From Lama guanicoe (lineage: Eukaryota), in NCBI GenBank assembly GCA_013239625.1, contig MU053482.1, forward strand, positions 2,519,168 through 2,583,167: 64,000 nt of DNA. The letters run 5' to 3'. Made by a program: the position numbers and the translations under genes. Below, piece by piece: positions 51,991-64,000 of the stretch. Under the pieces are notes generated by a model. That model made no database searches, was not told where the DNA came from, and worked only from the letters and a program-made list of their open reading frames with translations. The number at the start of each line of letters is the position of its first letter. Positions within the stretch are counted from its first letter, which is position 1.

Positions 51991-54143
51991 AAGTGTCTTA
52001 GAAATATTACACTATAGAGCTCCAAAGAGGCCATTAACTACAAGGGGAACAGTCTCACTTAGTTTGTCAACTTCCTAGAAAGCCTGCTTGCCTCCCCACT
52101 ATACATACTTGCTCTCTGGCGACTGTTATTATGTTTAATTGTCTTCAACATGTGGCTGAAGGTAGAATCTACACCTGGCATCAGGCCAAGTCTGTGAATC
52201 CATGAATACGGGCCACCAACTGCATTTTGGGTATAACCTGCTAAAGGTTCTTTCTTGACAGTCAATGATGATGAATCTGCAAAGACTGGCTATTCTCATG
52301 GGAGAAGAAAATATACCCACCCTTAAGTTGCCACTACAGTTTTCAAACAGAAAAAAATAATCAGCAAAGGAAAAGGATCAATGATAAGGAAAGGGAAAAT
52401 ACTCTGAGAATAGAGTAAGTACAATATATACATAATGGAGTAAATAGTGAGGCTCTCCTGAGTCCAAACTCTTAATTTTATTTTTAAACCTCTGATAAAA
52501 ACTTACTCAGTTACATTTTATACAGCAATATTTAGTGAGCTTTGTCCAAAAAGGCTATGTTTTAAGTTTATTTGTAAAAATAACAGAGGCTTTATCACTC
52601 AGTCTCTGGTCAATAAGAAAGGAAGAAAACTTTGCTAGAAATAACAATAAATAATTTCACACAAAAGGCCAGGTGACATAAGAATAGTATATTAATTAAT
52701 ATATTTTCTTTGTATTTACAGTAAATCCATTTGTTAATACTGTGATAGAAAAAATAATCAGTCCACATTATGCAGTAGAAACAGGCTTGGAGGATGATCA
52801 TACCTCTCACAATAAAAACATACAAGGATTTCTTCCACAGCTAAAGTACTTTTCAACATGACAGTCTTGGGTGAAGGTAAAACTGACAGAGTACTTTATG
52901 TCCTAGAATCAAGGAATCAAGGGTATTCCCATTAAGCAAGCAGCAGAAATCTGTTTAGTTTTTCCAGGACTATTTAAATATAGTAGTTACCATATGAGGA
53001 TTTAATTTTACTTTGAGATATAAAAAGAAAAAACTCTAAATTGGGAAACTGCATTAATCAAAGGCAGCCCCAAACAAAAATGAAGAAATGAAGCAAGGCA
53101 TTCTTATGTACCATGCATAAAAAAGATAATTACATAATACATATTTTAACAACCAGACTAATAAATAAATGAGGTAAATTTTACAGTCATTGGAATAAAC
53201 TATATTCAATCACTTAAGTGTTGTACTGTCACTGCTTCTGCTTCAAAATATAAAGTAATAAAATTAATCTAACAGCTAAAAACTGCATACTTTGAATGTT
53301 TGCTTTTTTGATCCCCTTTTGAGACAGTAAAGGGGAACTGTGTAACAAAATATTATCTGCATATAAATTATTATCATCAATATGATACAATTATGTAATT
53401 GCCATTCTGTATATGCACAGTGGAAATACTGTGAAAGCTAGAAAAAAAGATGAAAATAGACTGGTCAGAATTTTAAATTTCAGACTAATTCATGATAATC
53501 TAGAACAGAAGACAAAAATAACAATTCACTAAATAGATATAACTTGATATCTTTTCCAAATTCAGTAGCCTACTAAGATGCAACTTTTAAACAAATCTAT
53601 TACCTCAAAGGTAAAAAAAGATAATGTAAATCTCTTTTGAGCTTTAGTTTTCAAGTTTATGCTCTGAAAGAAGGCTAACATTAGTCAGAATAGCAGTACC
53701 ATTTCTTTGCTTTTATATTTTGTATTTGCTTTTTCTATTTTAGTTATTAGTATGGAATAGAGAGAAAAACATTAAATTATCAAGTCAAGGGTAAATATGT
53801 ATGGCCAGTTCATGAAATATATTAAATTGAGTCAATCAAATGGGTCAAGAATTTCCTACTATGCTGCTACACTTATTATCTATAACTATCCTTAAAATAG
53901 TGATTTAGGAGACGACTATCTTAACTACTGACAGCACTTTTCATGGTACACCAATTTCCATTTTTACTTTCTTCTCTTCCTGGTCACTTAAATGCACCAG
54001 TTTAACAATCTGATAGGAAATTTTCATTTACAAATTCCTTGTTTCAATTACTGAAGAGACGATTTTAACACATAAACTTGCCAGTCCTGAGATGATGATG
54101 ATGATGATGATGATGATAGGAAAACTAAAACCCTGATGATTAT
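51860..54143 (-). other. TMEM41B: TMEM41B 3'UTR (~2.3 kb, end inferred)
   Basis: AT-rich stretch lacking obvious interspersed repeats after the stop codon, ending in an AATAAA cluster with a downstream GU/U-rich tract. Confidence 0.7.
54091..54117 (-). repeat. (ATC)9 microsatellite just downstream of the TMEM41B stop codon
   Basis: Nine perfect GAT units on the + strand. Confidence 0.95.
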
Positions 54144-54313
54144 TCACTCAAATTTCTGCTTTAGTTTCTTTTGGAAGATGGCTGGCAGAATAGAAAGAAG
54201 AGCCAAAATCATTAGAACAAATACTGAGTTCCAGGAAACAGCTTCCCCTGCTGTTGTAAGCTGGTACAGTGTTGTTCCTGCCTTAATAGCTACAAAAGAG
54301 GGTGGTGCAACAC
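54144..54313 (-). CDS. TMEM41B: TMEM41B exon 7 coding part (170 nt; GVAPPSFVAIKAG...QKKLKQKFE*)
   Basis: Lies within ORF 54144..54335. Acceptor ttttag|GT and TGA at 54146-54144. Lysine-rich C-terminus (KQKFE) resembles a KxKxx ER-retrieval signal. Confidence 0.97.
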
Positions 54314-55217
54314 CTAAAATAAAAAATAATAACATATGGTAAAAAAAAATATCAATTCTTTTTAAAAATTAAAACTGTGTGTATGAAATTTCTTATAAGA
54401 ACATAGTGATTTACATTTTGGAAATTTTTAATTTAACTGAAAGCCCCTCAAGTTTATTTCCAAATAAAGAATCCAATCTTTCATAATCACCTCTTAAGGA
54501 CAATAAATTTAAAAATGCAAGGAAAGTTTCCAGAAAATAATTCTACAAAATTTATCAACAGCCTTAAAAAAAGAATGAGCTATGATCATTCTATGATCCA
54601 ACAATTTCAACTTTAGGAAATACTAAGGTACATGAACAAAGATCTAGTCTCAAGGATGCTCATCAAGCATTATAATAATAACAATCTGAAAACAATCTAA
54701 ATCTTCAAAAACACGGTTTAGTAAATTGTCATTCACTCATGATAGAATATACTTAAAAATGAAGTGGTAGGAGATATTCAGAAATGGAAAGATACTTAAA
54801 GTACATGAGTAAAAAGAGCTGTTTATACAAAAGCATGGCAAAACAATCACATTTTATTAAAAACCAGAACAAACTGGAAAAATTACTTCAGCCAAAGCTG
54901 AAGTTAACTTTTATCTCTAGGTATTTCATCTGTAAAATAAAGAGATAGGCACAAAAATTCTTTCTTCTAATTCCATAAATATAACATTATTCTATAAAAT
55001 CCAAAATTATCCCTGCAACGATTTTCTTCCAGTTTTACTGAGAACCTAAGATTTTTAAGTTTGTCTATGAATTTTTCTAAAAGTAGGAATAAAAAATTAA
55101 GTATTAACTTAAAGCCTAAACAAACAATATGAGGCATCTGTTCATTTTGTTGGTACCTAAACAACTCAACTGAAATTTGGAAGAAAAGCAGAATACTCTT
55201 AATAACTAACTATCAGA

Positions 55218-55365
55218 GAAGGGAGGGTATAGGTCAGTGGTACAGTGCATGCTTAGCATGAATGAGGTCCTGGGTTCAATCTCCAGTACTTCCATTAAAA
55301 TAAATAAATAAATAAACCTAATTACTCCCCACACCAAAAAAATAAATAAATAAAAAATTTATAAA
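55218..55365 (+). mobile_element. tRNA-Ala-derived SINE in TMEM41B intron 6
   Basis: Near-consensus copy with TSD aactatcaga at 55208-55217 and 55366-55375. Confidence 0.93.
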
Positions 55366-55909
55366 AACTATCAGAATTCACAAAATATACAAATGAATCT
55401 TTATGTCAAAGATTAATTTCAAAATTAAGTGTTAGTTCCTTGAAAGCAAGAACCCTTTGTTGATCCTTACTTCCCTCATACCTTTGGCAATGCCCATAGT
55501 AAGTACTATGTCAACAAAAAGAAAAATAGGATCAATTCTACTAAAAATTAAAGTTCAATGTTTCAGTACTTGATTAGAAGACAAAGGAGAAATTATACAA
55601 AAAGGGCACCTTCATTTTTTTTTTTTTGTCCACTGAGGGAGAGAAGGGAGTTAAAGTCTTGCTTAATTCTGTATGATTAAAAAAATATCCAGCAGAGAGT
55701 GCTATTCTTTAAAAGAAGTAACACAAAAATATTTAAATCAACACAGTCCAACAAACATTTCTGAGCACCTATTTCTAAAGGCCAGGCTCTGTGTCCACCA
55801 GTTATATATGGTGCTGGCATGTCTGCAAAGAGCACAAAATTTAGCCCAGCCAGACACTGCTAGACATGTACACAATGAGTTCTAACACAGCATGAATCAG
55901 AGGCCTTAC

Positions 55910-56048
55910 CTAGAAAAGTGCCAATAAAAAAAACTTTCAATGGCACGTTTATCACAGGAGATGTAATATTAATAAACCAATTAGGCAGAAATGGTGTTAT
56001 TCTCAAAAATATAATGTAGTTAATGAGATGTTCTCTATGACGCTCAAC
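55910..56048 (-). CDS. TMEM41B: TMEM41B exon 6 (139 nt; VERHREHLINYIIFLRITPFLPNWFINITSPVINVPLKVFFIGTFL+G)
   Basis: Acceptor gacag|GTT and donor TAG|GTAAGG. Has the DedA-family RxxPxxP motif. Confidence 0.97.
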
Positions 56049-56624
56049 CTGTCATAAGAAAGAAATGAATTAGGATCAAGGCCAGTCTTGAAAATATATT
56101 GCTTAATATTAAACACCTTATTTCAAATTGTTATCCCTGATAGCTCAGTTTACCCAACAGAAATGATCAAAAAAGGAGCCTGATAATGACAATGAACTAC
56201 TTATCAAATGCTCATTACCATGGCCAAACAACATGAGATGAAATAGCCTAATGTTACACTACTAAAGATGGTTCTACATCAGCCTTGATAATATGGCTCA
56301 ATGACATTTTAAGCCTAAAAAGACAAAATTAAATTTATAGCTGTATATAAGATAGGTATCAAACGACAAACTTTTTAATGCCTTTAACTTCCTATAATGT
56401 AAAGGGCTAGTATAGTACACCAATAAACCTAGCCTCCAATTTAAAAAAAATTCAGATAACCTTTACGTTATTACAATATACTTCACATGAATAAATTCAT
56501 TCATCATTGATAAATGAGATTTAAACAAGCACATGGAAATATTTAGCTGATTAAATAGAAGCACTGATTGCAGTTTATACTTCCTAGATCTTGCTATATA
56601 AATGATTGAGACTTTGCCCGGGTA

Positions 56625-56720
56625 GGGGTGGGGTATAGCTCAGTGGTAGAGCGTGTTCAATCTCCAGTACCTCCATTAAAAATAAATAAATAAATCTAAT
56701 CCCCCTTACCCAAAAAACAA
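56625..56720 (+). mobile_element. tRNA-Ala-derived SINE with internal deletion (TMEM41B intron 5)
   Basis: GGTATAGCTCAGTGGTAGAGCGTG joins directly to TTCAATCTCCAGTACCTCC; the ~23-nt anticodon-arm region is missing. Confidence 0.88.
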
Positions 56721-56757
56721 GTAATGATTATGGATTTTAGGCAAAATGCCCCCCCCC

Positions 56758-56882
56758 TTTTTTTTAGGGGAAGAGGTTACTAGATTTATTTACTTATTTT
56801 TTAAGTGGAGGTACTGGGGATTGAACCCAGGACCTTGTGCATGCTAGGCAGGCACTCTACCACTGAGCTATCTCCTCCTCCC
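56758..56882 (-). mobile_element. tRNA-Ala-derived SINE (TMEM41B intron 5), inverted relative to its neighbour
   Basis: Reverse complement of the full head and tail. Confidence 0.92.
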
Positions 56883-57455
56883 AAATGTTTTATTTCTCTT
56901 AATTTCCTAATCTGTAAAACAAAGGGGTAAGGTAGGAATTTCTAAAATTCCTGACTTAATAGTCTTTTTTCTGAGTCTTTATAAAAATAGGATTATCTTA
57001 GCAATACCATGCTAGACTTTCCTCTGCAATAGTGCTTATATTTATCACCGCTAGTCTTTGCAGAAATCCTGATGGAAGATAACAGTTCTCCCCACTGACA
57101 AAATGCATTAAAAGAGTTGGCTGATAAAAGTTTTTCAGAGACCTACTGACAGCAACCTGCATTAACACAACACAGGTGAGGTGTGTAAATATATGGATGC
57201 CTTGACATTGCCACTTTGCCCTTTTTGCTCTGGGTGAACTTACTAAGAATGAAGAATTAAAATTACTGTCACAGATACAAAAACTTCATATCTGAAATTA
57301 TTAACATTCATTATTTGCCTACTGCTTGATTTTATTTTGGTCAAAAGATCATTTTTATTAAAGCCCAGAGTCTGAGTTAATTTTTGTAGACATTATATAC
57401 TGACCTCCCAAGTAGCCAAAGAATTACATTAAATAATTTAAAAATGCATGTTTAC

Positions 57456-57560
57456 CTGCTGTGACCATTTTACTGCTTTCTCTGTTAAGTATTTATATAC
57501 AACTGGTCTCCCAACTAAATAGGAGAGCATATAGCAGAACGAGGCACCAAGTCCAGAACA
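57456..57560 (-). CDS. TMEM41B: TMEM41B exon 5 (105 nt; CSGLGASFCYMLSYLVGRPVVYKYLTEKAVKWSQQ)
   Basis: Acceptor ttttctag|TGT and donor CAG|GTAAAC; in frame with flanking exons. Confidence 0.97.
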
Positions 57561-58191
57561 CTAGAAAATAATAAGAAATCATAAGTATTTTACCCTTTCC
57601 CTCTTATTCACATGGATATATTAACCTAAGGCAAAGTTCAACTAATTTATTTCTTTTGGGGTATAGGAGAGGATACTCTGCAATGACATCTCTTGTGAAG
57701 AGAACAAGAACCCACCTGATCTAGTCCTTTCTCTGACCAAATTATAGCTGAGACCAGCTAAAACAAATGAGCACTTATGATTAAACTGACTACATCCAAA
57801 TAGTAAACGATAGCCTTCAGCCTATGACTAAAACTCAAGAGTCAATATTTTTTCAATTGCTATGCTTAAAAACACCACCCCCAGCCCTCAGACTTAACTG
57901 CACGCACCAATATCCTTGGACTATTCAAATTACAAAACATGGAAGCAAAGGCTAAAACAGAGCCTATAAATGCAATTAAGTCTATGATACCCCTGTTCTA
58001 GAAAAAAACCAAACTAACTATAACATCTCCTACGGAGGGACTTAACAGATACTAATTCAACATTTAACACCTCTTACAACTGATAAATGTATGCTTCCAG
58101 AGACGAGTAGGACTAGGATGCCATCATCATTCCCATCATTCTATTTAAAGTTATTTTTTTTTAGTTTCCCAGTTGCATTTTATATACTTAC

Positions 58192-58285
58192 CAAACAAAC
58201 AAGAAATAAGGCTAGTGGAAAGGGATAAAGAAACCCTGAGAGTATACTGAGAAATATAGAGCCCGGAATAGCAAATGTTTGCAAG
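58192..58285 (-). CDS. TMEM41B: TMEM41B exon 4 (94 nt; LQTFAIPGSIFLSILSGFLYPFPLALFLVCL; VTT/DedA domain)
   Basis: Lies within ORF 58180..58383. Acceptor aacag|C and donor TTG|GTAAGT. Confidence 0.97.
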
Positions 58286-61200
58286 CTGTTAACTTCTAAG
58301 TTAAGGATTAAAACATAATTAAATGAATTTTTAAATGACAAATCCAACAATCCAGGAAAAAGTATCAATACAGAAGTTATCATGTTAATAAGATTATATT
58401 CATATTTCAGTATTTAAAAATTAAATAAAATTATACCCAAAGTTTAAAAAATTACATGACTCCTCAGTTGTAATACTTTAAGCTTACCATTTACTAATAT
58501 TATCATAAATCAACACTAATTAGAGTGTGTTACTAAGAGAAAAACCAAGACAAAATACTCCACGTGTACCAGGATAGAGGGGAATTGGGCATTTTGCGGG
58601 GTGAAAAAACAGACTAAAAGGAAAAAAGGAAAAAGAGGAAAGATCTTCAGTAATCTTTTAAACAATATGCCTCTCTAATGCACTGGATTTTTACTGCCAA
58701 ATGCTTTCAGGAAACATGATGTCTGTGGAAATATGGGTATATATCAAGTACAATTAATTACTATTTCTAATTTAACTTTTGGACATTTACCTCAAATAAT
58801 TACTCATTTTAAAAAAGGCTGGAGGTTACAAAATACAGTAAAAGTCACAAATCTTATTTTTAAAACAGAATTATGCTTTTTTTCTACTTCTCTCTAGTTT
58901 CTAGTTTTGGCCTGGACCTCTACCTCACCCTAACATGAGTTACTCATAAGTAAGACAGAGTGAATTTCTTCAACATCTCTCCTTTCTACTTTAAAATTTC
59001 TATCTTTACCCATCTTCCCTTTTTCCCAGTAGTCCCTACTTTACTCTTGCTTTCATTTCAATCTCCTTCTACATCCTGGGTTCCTTTATCTTCAACTTCT
59101 TGCTCTTTCACAGACCCCTCCTGTAAAAAAATACTCAGATGCCTATAAACTAAAGAAAACCTAGGCTTCTCCTTGAGCAAGGTATCCTATCCAGCTACTG
59201 TCTCTCTCTCACCTTCACTTCCTCTGATTCTCTCCTTGTCCCCTGGCAATCCGGCTTACCCATCCACCACCACTACTGAAACTTCCTCCTGGCCAGAAGT
59301 AATGACTTGAGATTTCTCAGTAACAATTTTTTAGTGACCCTTGCATAGGATCAGACATTGGGGAAAAACTCACCTCCACTGAACTGCCTTTTTCTCTACG
59401 TGTTTTTTTCTTCTCACTCTCAAATCTGGGATTTCTCTAACATTCTGTTAGCCACTCTTCTCTCACTTCTTTGATAAATTCAGCCATTTCCATGTATATG
59501 AAAGTATACATGGCTTCAAGTATATGGCAGATACTAACAATATGCAATAAAATCTGAACTGGCAATATTAACCAATGATTTATTTAAAATTAAAAATTTT
59601 AAGCCAAATGTATTTTGTACAAATAAACCTATTTCTATATTTTCAATTCACTTTCTACAAGGCAGTTTATTCTTTTAGACTAATTTTCATGTGGATATTA
59701 ATACAATTAGGCTACAACATTTATTATCCCACAGATGGTCGAGATTCATTTACGCTAACTGGCTGACTGGGCCTATGTGTGGGTATCCCTTTTATCCCTC
59801 AGCCATGTATCCTTCCCAAAGCTGGGGGGCAAAATGGGGCAGAAAAGATGACCTTCCAAAGTAAATAGAAACTATCTGCCTTTGTTCACAAATGTCCACA
59901 AGAACCTTATAAAAGCCAAATGACCCCAATTTGTTTATTATTTGGAGAAAATATTTTATTTTATGGTTAAAGTTTATAATGCAAAATAACCCTACAAGCC
60001 TAACACTTTGGTTTTTACAGGTAAGTGATAAAATGGAAAGGAGGAAAGGCAACAGTTATGAATTTCTTAGAACAGTCATTATATCATTAAATTACTTTAC
60101 AAATAGCTGCCCAAATGAACTATAGAAGGACAGGCACATAATAATCATTCTTCAAATTTTTCCAAATTTGAATTTTTCTAATAATAAATCAGGAGGATAA
60201 TGACAAGCTGCCTACATAAAGCACACTACCTAAATATAAATGCAGCCTCACCAAGTTGATAAAGGAGTAATGTTTCTATTAGCACCAATAACAGCAAAAG
60301 CTTTTATAATTGTCCTTGTCACTAAGTTGCTTACACCAGAAATAACTGGTGCAATGTGTTTAAGGACATATTCAAAACATTTGTATAAGGAGGTAAATAC
60401 AGGAACGTATATATGTTAAATATACAATATCTAATCCAATATAATTTCAAGAAAATAAAACACTGTTGAATTTTATGAGAAAAAATTTTAGTTGAAAAGT
60501 CTAACCAACCAAAAGAAATTCAGGAAGAAAAACAGGAAGCAAGTATAGAAATAGTCTGAGAGAATTAACAAAGTGACTAATTTGCCTTTTAAAAATAAAA
60601 GCTGCTTTAAAAAGGATAATGATTACCTTCACAATATCAAAAGTTAATATCTTTCATTAACTGAGATTTGGAAAATATGCTGGACTAAAATAAAAGATAC
60701 AAAAATCAGAAATTAACATCTATAAATTGGAAGGCTAATTACCAGTTGCATAGGCAGTTTGAAAATATGCAAAAAGCTATTTTCCTGACTAGTTAAAATA
60801 CAACATATAATTCTATGAAACAAGATACAACATACTAAAGACTGTAAAAGAAAATTCATATCCTTTACATGACTAATTATCCTCTTAGGATATTTTACAA
60901 AGAAAACCATTAATGGAAGAAAAAATCATAAACAACATAATTCACAACACAACATCTAGAAAAGCAAAATATTAAATAAAAATTGTATCTTCAAACCTCA
61001 GGAAATTTTTCTTTAATTATGGTATGGTAACTAGTAATTCAAAATTATTATTTAAATTAAAAGTCTAATTAATAAAATAATCCTAAATAAAATTATTATC
61101 TCGAATATTACAAAGGAAAGGAAAATGTTAGGCTAATAACAGAAGAACTGGTAATAAATATTTAGAAATAATAACTGAGTCGAAGAGATAGGATTAAAGT

Positions 61201-61353
61201 TAGAATTTTTTCATTTTCATTTTTCAGTTATCTTATTTAATGTTACACTGCATTAACAATTCTTGAAAGGAAAAATAGCTATGTACAACTAAGCAGCAGC
61301 TCTTTTAAAACTTTTTACTTAAAATCAGAAAATATTTTCAGTTAAAAGGATAC
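58286..61353 (-). other. TMEM41B: U12-type (minor spliceosome) GT-AG intron 3 of TMEM41B, 3068 nt
   Basis: 5' site GTATCCTTTT (61353-61344). Branch sequence TCCTTAAC (58307-58300) is followed by 14 nt to the end of the intron, with no polypyrimidine tract. Confidence 0.96.
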
Positions 61354-61482
61354 AAAATATATGTAGCAAAATAAGCTACAAGTACTTGTACATAAAAGGT
61401 GTCCTTATATTTGGATAGAACTTTTCCTAGAGCCTTGGCATCATCCATATCTCTGGGAACCTTCATGTTCACTCTTTCTTCT
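61354..61482 (-). CDS. TMEM41B: TMEM41B exon 3 (129 nt; EERVNMKVPRDMDDAKALGKVLSKYKDTFYVQVLVAYFATYIF); exons 1-2 lie beyond the window
   Basis: Acceptor ttctttag|A and U12-type donor TT|GTATCCTTT. Peptide recognised as TMEM41B. Confidence 0.96.
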
Positions 61483-64000
61483 CTAAAGAAATAAAATTAA
61501 AGTGAAAAAAATTTAAAGTAGAAATCTGCCACGATAATTCATATCAAAGTTCAAAACATGAAGTTTTATCCAAAATGATTTGGTGCCTTGATCTGTAATA
61601 TGTTAAGGATAAATTCACAAAATTTAAGTTCAAAGGTCTATAAATTATTTGTTTTTTAATGCTTTAATACAATTTCATGAGACATGTACTTCATATGAAA
61701 ATTCAGGGTGACCCAAACTAAAGGTTAAAAAGCATTTGCTCAAATACTGGAGAACATTTTGAATTAAGAAATGAACCACTGATGTTAGCATATTTAAAAC
61801 ATACTGAACATCATTTTGGGTAATCCTCATGATAAGCTAAAATCAATAACCGATTACAACTGAAATTAAGTAAAAATTTTAATGAATTTACAGTTTACAT
61901 CTTTTCTTGACTATCTCAGCTCAAAGTTCAGATAAAAACTTAAATGCTTTTCACTTCTTATTAATTTTACTTTAGTTAGTGCCTTGTTTGGAACTGAATG
62001 TTCTGTTCATAAAAGCCTCAAATAATCACCTTTGCATTTAACATATATTGTATTCATTTGTTTACATAATAAAAAAAATTTAACTAATCTTGCAGAACAA
62101 TGATAAAAAAAAGAATATTGTTTAAGTCCTAAAAAAATAGCAGGTAAACAAAACTGGGGTTTCTCATTTAGAAACTAAGAAACTAAAAAAGCTCTTTATC
62201 TGGGTGTGCATGCATCTCATATACACACAGGTACAGAAAGAAATAAGCAGACTATAGAAGATTTATATAATAGCACATTATTATATGAAGTGTTATCATT
62301 CTCTGAGCAGATTGGGAGCAAAACAACCTTAATCTACACTCTGTTCTTTCCCTCTTTCAGTCAGCTCTTTATTTCCTACTCCTTGATCAAAATGAGACAA
62401 GATAAAAAAAAAAAGAGTGATAAAGGATCTAAAATTCAATCATACTAATACTAACATAAGCTATCCTACCAAAGGTATTTACACTGATGTAACAAATCGA
62501 AGTATTAAAATAAAAATAAGTTTAACTACAAAATTTCAAGCATAAGGAAGTGTTAATGAAAGAAATTTAGAGGAAGCAGGAACTTCCTGAGACACTAAAA
62601 TCACATTTCAGTTATCCATTAGCACACCAGGTTTGCCTTGGTTGAAAATCTAACTACCTTTTAGTAGTCTCTTATGTAATTATCAAGGGTGTTACTACTG
62701 CTGTTAAATAGTCCTGGGATATTTTGCCCTCAAAAAGTATGTTTCAGGTCCATAATCTCTTCCCTAAAATTCAAAAAGCTCTGAAAACCAGAAGTTCTTC
62801 GTAATTTGTCAGCAAATATTGACCCACACTCAAATAAAGTTATTTACAGTCTTTTATGATCCAGATTTCTCTGCATATTAATGTATTTGATTATGAGACA
62901 CTATTCTAGATCCTGCTGGAGGTACTACATAATATACAGTATTTATTCATGTTATCTTTCCAAAATGGAAAACTTCTAAATTCTGAAACACATTTCACCC
63001 CAGGGTTTTTGCTAAGGAATTGTGGCTGTATACTAGACAGACAAGTCTTTTACAAGGTACATTTCACAGTGAAAAGCACCTATTCAAACCACATCATTCC
63101 TATAAAACAGGGAGGAGAAAAGACACAGATATGGTGGGAAAGTAAATGGATGAATAGAAGTGACAAAAATTAGTCGCAAGGAAAAGTAGGAAGGGAGAAA
63201 ATGGATGGACAAGGGGGGAAGCAGAGAAAAACAGCATCAGTATTTTTCAAACTGAAGGTCAGTATCTATCATGGACTGTGAGATCAATTTACTTGCTCAC
63301 TAACAGCATTAAAAAATATAATGCAATACATTTATTAATGCAATTATGTTTTTAAAAATTGTTTGAAAACCATTAGAAAGATGCCATAATTAGAGGAGCA
63401 GAGCTAGGAAAATCTTGCATAGAAAATCAAGAGACATATCTGGAAAGAAGTATTTAAATAAGTGTCAATATGAACTTGCTACAAACCATGAAAGCTGATA
63501 CACAATCACCATGACAGTTCTGTTGCTTAAAATTAGTTTAACTCTTAATCTACTTGCATTTCTAGAAATGTCTAGACATTTTCCATTTCCTTCAGTATAC
63601 TTACTCACTAAGCTGAGGGAAATTTTTATATACCAAAAACATAACAAAAGCTGCAGATAAGAAAATGGACACCAATATAAGAAGTGACATTCTTGCTGAC
63701 CCAGCTTCTGCACAGGCTTTCTCTGAAAGGGAAAAAAAAAAAGTTATAATCAAGATAAATATAAAGGAAGACAGTATTCTAAGCCAGCAAATAATTTCCT
63801 CAAAAGTTTTTCTTCCCCATGAATGACTGAAAAATTGTGCTGAACACTGGAATTTGACACAACATTGTAAAATGATTATAAATCAATAAAAAATGTTAAT
63901 AAAAAGTTTTTCTTCCAAGAAACTTCACACTTTTGCCCCAAACACTATAACATTAAATTTTAAGTACTACTGTATTTGATGTTTATTAACTGGGCATAGT

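Overview
This is mammalian genomic DNA, most likely camelid: it carries about 10 copies of a tRNA-Ala-derived SINE resembling camelid Vic-1, and I saw no Alu, Bov-tA or PRE-1 elements. Two known genes lie in tandem on the minus strand. DENND5A (RAB6IP1) contributes coding exons 1-5 (36892 down to 288, codons 1-379), with its CpG-island promoter at ~36.5-37.5 kb. TMEM41B (Stasimon) contributes exons 3-7 and the 3'UTR (61482 down to ~51860), including a U12-type minor intron between exons 3 and 4. The rest is intron or intergenic sequence rich in L1, L2, MIR and DNA-transposon relics. Most ORF-track entries are spurious. I found no prokaryote-type system and no new protein-coding gene. The most interesting unexplained features are: (1) a DENND5A exon 2-4 block that would give a stop-free 840-nt circle, bracketed by inverted repeats; (2) a uORF-(CGG)8-G4 module in the DENND5A leader; (3) inverted SINEs around TMEM41B exon 6; (4) two unusual TSD-flanked retro-insertions. 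Repeat family names and boundaries are by eye and approximate; comparisons to human sequences are from memory.
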